A DNA stretch of 37,927 nt, taken from a bacterium (GTDB taxonomy: Bacteria > ARS69). This document shows positions 35,223 to 37,927 of this stretch, in pieces; within the stretch, counting starts at the first letter, position 1, and each line of letters opens with the position of its first letter. The notes under the pieces were generated by a model, which searched no databases, had not been told where the DNA came from, and saw only the letters and a program-made list of their open reading frames with translations. A program made the position numbers and the translations under genes. Location of the stretch: contig JALGZR010000021.1 in NCBI GenBank assembly GCA_025774805.1, positions 1 to 37,927 of the forward strand. Direction: 5' to 3'.

Positions 35223-35317
35223 GCGCTTCGCTCCAACGATCCAGCGATTGGATACAACCGTTGGCCGAAGCTCAAGAAGTAGTGCCAGGTTGACGGCTAA
35301 CTCCTCTGACACCCCCC

Positions 35318-35351
35318 CTCCCCCGTCCCCCCGGTCCCGGGCGAGCGGGAG
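35318..35351 (+). repeat. Island repeat R4 copy 1 (CTCCCCCGTCCCCCCGGTCCCGGGCGAGCGGGAG)
   Basis: An exact core of about 31 nt is shared with 36192-36221, 37261-37290 and 37446-37480. Confidence 0.6.
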
Positions 35352-35649
35352 GGGTGCGGGGTCGATGAAAGCTCCCGGTAGGCCCGCCCGGCCGCCCGAT
35401 CACCGTCGAGCAGAGGGCGGAACAGGATCAAGGGTGAGTTTCGAAGACTCGCCACCCGCGACCTCACCCGTGACGGCTGTGTGAGCACACTTAGTTCCAG
35501 CCGTGGGGAAGTTCGTGAGTAAAGGGCCGGTTACTTCTAAAGAATGATCTCTTGTCGGAAAGGGGTCAGCAAACGCTCTTGAACGGATCTAGGGCACGTC
35601 TCTGGACTGAGGAGGGGAAGCGGTACATACTGAATCCTGGTGACGGCGC

Positions 35650-36027
35650 GTGAATCGCACCGGGACACCGGGCAAGTTCCAAATGAGATTGGAGAAGGCA
35701 TTGAGCGTTTATCTCATCGCAGACGTCCAGGTTACTGATGACAAGTGGATACCGGAGTACGCCGCGAACGTTCACGATATTGTCCACAAGCACGGAGGCA
35801 AGTACCTCACGCGTAGCGCCAACATCACACACGTTGAAGGGGACGAGCGTGACTCGACACTGATTGCGATTCTGGAGTTTCCATCTATGGACAACGTCAG
35901 GGCTTTTGCAGACGATCCGGCCTACGCGGATTACGGGAAGGCACGGCGTTCCGGAAGCATCAGCAGCCTCCGCGTGATCGACGCCACCGATGCTGCAGGG
36001 ACGATTCCGTACTTGCCAAAGGGCTAG
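35650..36027 (+). CDS. DUF1330-family protein. GTG start at 35650, alternative ATG at 35683
   Basis: Matches the DUF1330 pattern (...YLIADVQVTDDKW...KHGGKYLTRS...ILEFPSMDNVRAFADDPAYADYGKARR). GC content is lower than the rest of the window. Confidence 0.65.
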   Translation: MNRTGTPGKFQMRLEKALSVYLIADVQVTDDKWIPEYAANVHDIVHKHGGKYLTRSANITHVEGDERDSTLIAILEFPSMDNVRAFADDPAYADYGKARRSGSISSLRVIDATDAAGTIPYLPKG

Positions 36028-36191
36028 CGCCAGACAATTCCGTGTGTTCTTAGATTGTTTCGAAGGAACCGCGGCCATTTGAATTGGGACCTTTGACGAG
36101 GCTCGGTTCCTACGCCACTTGCACATGATGGTCGGCCGGCGAGGGCGAGAGTGGTCACTGAGCGGTGTCTTCCCCTTTCGCCTTGCGATCT

Positions 36192-36221
36192 CTCCCCCGT
36201 CCCCCCGGTCCCGGGCGAGCG
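36192..36221 (+). repeat. Island repeat R4 copy 2
   Basis: CTCCCCCGTCCCCCCGGTCCCGGGCGAGCG. It is followed by a partial copy of the 9853/26981 motif (aaacttcctgaatcacattg). Confidence 0.6.
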
Positions 36222-36222
36222 A

Positions 36223-36558
36223 CTAAACTTCCTGAATCACATTGCGTCCGCCGCCGGGCCGAGATGCCCACTCAAAGTGTTCAACGATCTGCACTTTTGA
36301 GTCCTCGCTGATACGCAACTCGCACTTTGACTTGCCACCGTTCAGCACGCCGCCGGCTTCTAGTTGGCAGTAGCGGAATTCAAACGAACTGCCGTCAACG
36401 ACCCCTACCAGAAACCCGCGTTCGATTCTGCCGCCGGAATATTCTGCATGAACGCTGCGTCCCTCTTGTCGAAACTCAAATATTGTGCGCTCGTCGATAA
36501 CACCATTCTCATCCGTTTCGACGGCATTCATTCTAAGATTGTGCAGGTTGAACTCCAT
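36223..36558 (-). CDS. Hypothetical protein of 111 aa, low GC
   Basis: Strong RBS on the minus strand (gaggtgaggaaacgatcATG). No family recognised. Confidence 0.55.
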   Translation of the reverse strand: MEFNLHNLRMNAVETDENGVIDERTIFEFRQEGRSVHAEYSGGRIERGFLVGVVDGSSFEFRYCQLEAGGVLNGGKSKCELRISEDSKVQIVEHFEWASRPGGGRNVIQEV

Positions 36559-36956
36559 GTGATCGTTTCCTCACCTCGGTAATCCGTATAACGCCTTGCG
36601 TTTCAGCTGCGAGCGCTGCTCTCGGGGAGTACCGCGAAGGTACCGAGCCAAGCGAGGCACTCCCGGCCGGCCTCGATACGTCCAATATGCGCCGCGGCGC
36701 TCGTCAGATGCAAACGCTAGTTGGGCGCCGCATGTGGAGCGGCGACATTCACCCACCGAAGCCCACCGGGGCCGGCAGCACGGCAGGTGCGCGTCCATCG
36801 CGACATGGCGCGAGTCCAGAAGAGATGGACTGCCGACCTCAGTCCGGCACTACCGGCCTTGGTGAGAGCCAGCTTCCGAGCACTTCGCCCCTCGATCACT
36901 GGCGCGCGACCGCCAGCATGCCCTGCTGCCGGCCGCACCAACCCGGAAGAGGTCAG

Positions 36957-37091
36957 GGAGAGCTGGAGCGCGGTCGTTACGCGCCGGTGTGGGATGGCCG
37001 AGATGAGGCCGGCCGTCCGGTATCTCCCGGGGTCTACTTCGTGAGGCTCGAAGCCGGGGACTTCTCCTCCACGCAGCACAACCTCCTTTGA
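36957..37091 (+). pseudogene. Remnant encoding only the C-terminal sorting-type domain (T9SS C-terminal target / FlgD-Ig-like: ...WDGRDEAGRPVSPGVYFVRLEAGDFSSTQHNLL*) with no intact upstream ORF
   Basis: The last about 44 codons of ORF 36687..37091 match the characteristic ...dg.d..G..v.sGvYfyrleag... C-terminal domain. Upstream codons are non-coding-like. Confidence 0.45.
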
Positions 37092-37260
37092 CGCGCGGGT
37101 CAATGCCAATGCGGCCAGAAGCCGAGGGGATCCAACCGGTTCGCGTTTAGCGGGTGCCTGGAGGGCACAATGCCGGTTACCCCGTGACATGGCTTCCGGG
37201 CAGATCCACTTGATGCGAGGCTGGCAAACTGGCGGAGCCAATCGACCCGGGTCGCGGTGG

Positions 37261-37324
37261 CCCCCCGGTCCCGGGCGAGCGGGAGTAATGCAACCGTGCG
37301 CATACGACGAGCGGATCCAGCCGG
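37261..37324 (+). repeat. Island repeat R4 copy 3, extended roughly 65-nt form (CCCCCCGGTCCCGGGCGAGCGGGAGTAATGCAACCGTGCGCATACGACGAGCGGATCCAGCCGG)
   Basis: About 93% identical to 37452-37516. It is embedded in a block of shuffled sub-repeats (GCTGGCAAACTGGCGGAsCCAATC, CCGGsCAGATCCGCC, RATCCARCCG). Confidence 0.6.
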
Positions 37325-37445
37325 TCCGGAGGCCACGAGTCGTGTCAGTTTGCCTTACCGCCCTGACCCCGCGACCTAGGCGCCGGCCAGATCCGCCGCG
37401 ACGGGAAGGTAACAGATCAGGCGTCCCAATCCAGCCGATCCGCCC

Positions 37446-37516
37446 CTCCCCGTCCCCCCGGTCCCGGGCGAGCGGGAGTAATGCAACCGCGCACATACGG
37501 CGAGCGGATCCAGCCG
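37446..37516 (+). repeat. Island repeat R4 copy 4, extended form
   Basis: CTCCCCGTCCCCCCGGTCCCGGGCGAGCGGGAGTAATGCAACCGCGCACATACGGCGAGCGGATCCAGCCGG. Confidence 0.6.
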
Positions 37517-37761
37517 GACCAATTGCCACGGGACAATCAAGGTGTGGACCATGCTGCTCCCGTGGCCTGGACACCGGCCAGATCCGCCAAGGGCGAAGCT
37601 GGCAAACTGGCGGACCCAATCCAACCGACTCGCCAGGCCGCCGTAACTGCTCTCCTGCCAGTCTCTTCCGCCACCCGTGATCTGACCCTCACCAACCGGC
37701 TATACTGATACCAGCCCCGGCCGGATCCCCGACGCCGACCGCCAGACTACGGGCGGATGTC

Positions 37762-37927
37762 ATGAAGCGGCTGATGTGGTTCTGCCTACTTCCGTTCCTC
37801 CTTTCTGAACCCACGCCCGCCACGACGATCAACGTCCCAGAGGACATCCCCACGATCTGGCAGGCCGTGGATCTCGCGCAGTCGGGCGACAGCGTTCTCG
37901 TCGGACCTGGCGTCTGGACCGATCGGG
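37762..37927 (+). CDS. 5' end of a gene for a secreted protein with a signal peptide and the beginning of a right-handed beta-helix / pectin-lyase-like fold. It runs off the window
   Basis: MKRLMWFCLLPFLLSEPTPA signal, then TINVPEDIPTIWQAVDLAQSGDSVLVGPGVW, typical of beta-helix repeat proteins. Open to the end of the window. Confidence 0.5.
   Translation, partial: MKRLMWFCLLPFLLSEPTPATTINVPEDIPTIWQAVDLAQSGDSVLVGPGVWTDR

Noticed and set aside
34997-35225. CRISPR array (repeat-spacer-repeat appearance of the 45-nt units)
   Set aside because: There are only two or three copies. They are imperfect (about 85%) and of unequal length, their spacing is irregular (about 50 and about 65 nt), and there is no cas gene. 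Arm-type sites or iterons next to an att remnant explain them better.
35566-36126. 186-aa minus-strand ORF overlapping the DUF1330 gene
   Set aside because: It is antisense to a gene with a recognisable DUF1330 signature. It has no RBS.
37100-37640. CRISPR array in the 3' repeat block
   Set aside because: The repeats are of several different types, shuffled in order, and variable in length and spacing. This is not the regular repeat-spacer periodicity of CRISPR.
37189-37680. 163-aa ORF within the 3' repeat block
   Set aside because: It lies entirely within non-coding-looking shuffled repeats. It has a Pro/Arg/Gly-rich translation and no RBS.

Overview
This is a high-GC (roughly 70%) bacterial chromosomal segment. 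It is densely packed with genes whose boundaries mostly overlap as GTGA or ATGA start/stop junctions.

Gene content, in order:
- A partial upstream ORF.
- An M29 aminopeptidase, an M3/M32-like zinc peptidase, an EamA-family and an MFS transporter.
- A large C-terminally membrane-anchored hypothetical protein, transcribed divergently from an XPB/Ssl2-type DNA-repair helicase. The helicase is translationally coupled to an uncharacterised 574-aa partner.
- A seven-gene operon: BMP-family nucleoside-binding lipoprotein, ABC ATPase, two permeases, a two-domain QueD/PTPS-like enzyme, an M20 amidohydrolase and a zinc-ribbon NUDIX hydrolase.
- A minus-strand pair: an S9-like peptidase homolog that apparently lacks the nucleophile serine, coupled to a LonC-like Lon protease with a degenerate Walker A motif.
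- MutY, an acyl-CoA dehydrogenase, a small ORF, an FAD monooxygenase, a PepSY-TM protein, an ATL (alkyltransferase-like) protein and PPK2.
- A multi-zinc-ribbon protein and an SPFH/DUF4339 protein.

Two classes of non-coding signal stand out:
- A dispersed intergenic repeat family with the core GGTGAGA-N3-GCAGGCT, present in at least 9 copies. One copy is an 84-nt composite flanked by inverted repeats.
- A roughly 23-nt motif (CTGTAACYTTYCTGAATTGSAATG) that sits just upstream of both the XPB helicase and the acyl-CoA dehydrogenase.

After the SPFH gene the sequence changes character. GC content falls and a tRNA 3'-end fragment (T-arm, acceptor and CCA) appears with no intact tRNA. It is followed by arm-site-like direct repeats. 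Then come small low-GC ORFs (a DUF1330 protein and a hypothetical) separated by a recurring CCCCGTCCCCCCGGTCCCGGGCGAGCGGGAG repeat, the C-terminal remnant of a T9SS/FlgD-Ig-type domain, a scrambled repeat block, and the start of a secreted beta-helix protein. This looks like the edge of an integrated mobile element or cassette-like island. No rRNA genes, intact tRNA genes or CRISPR arrays were seen.

All calls rest on reading the sequence and on recalled family signatures. No database searches were run.
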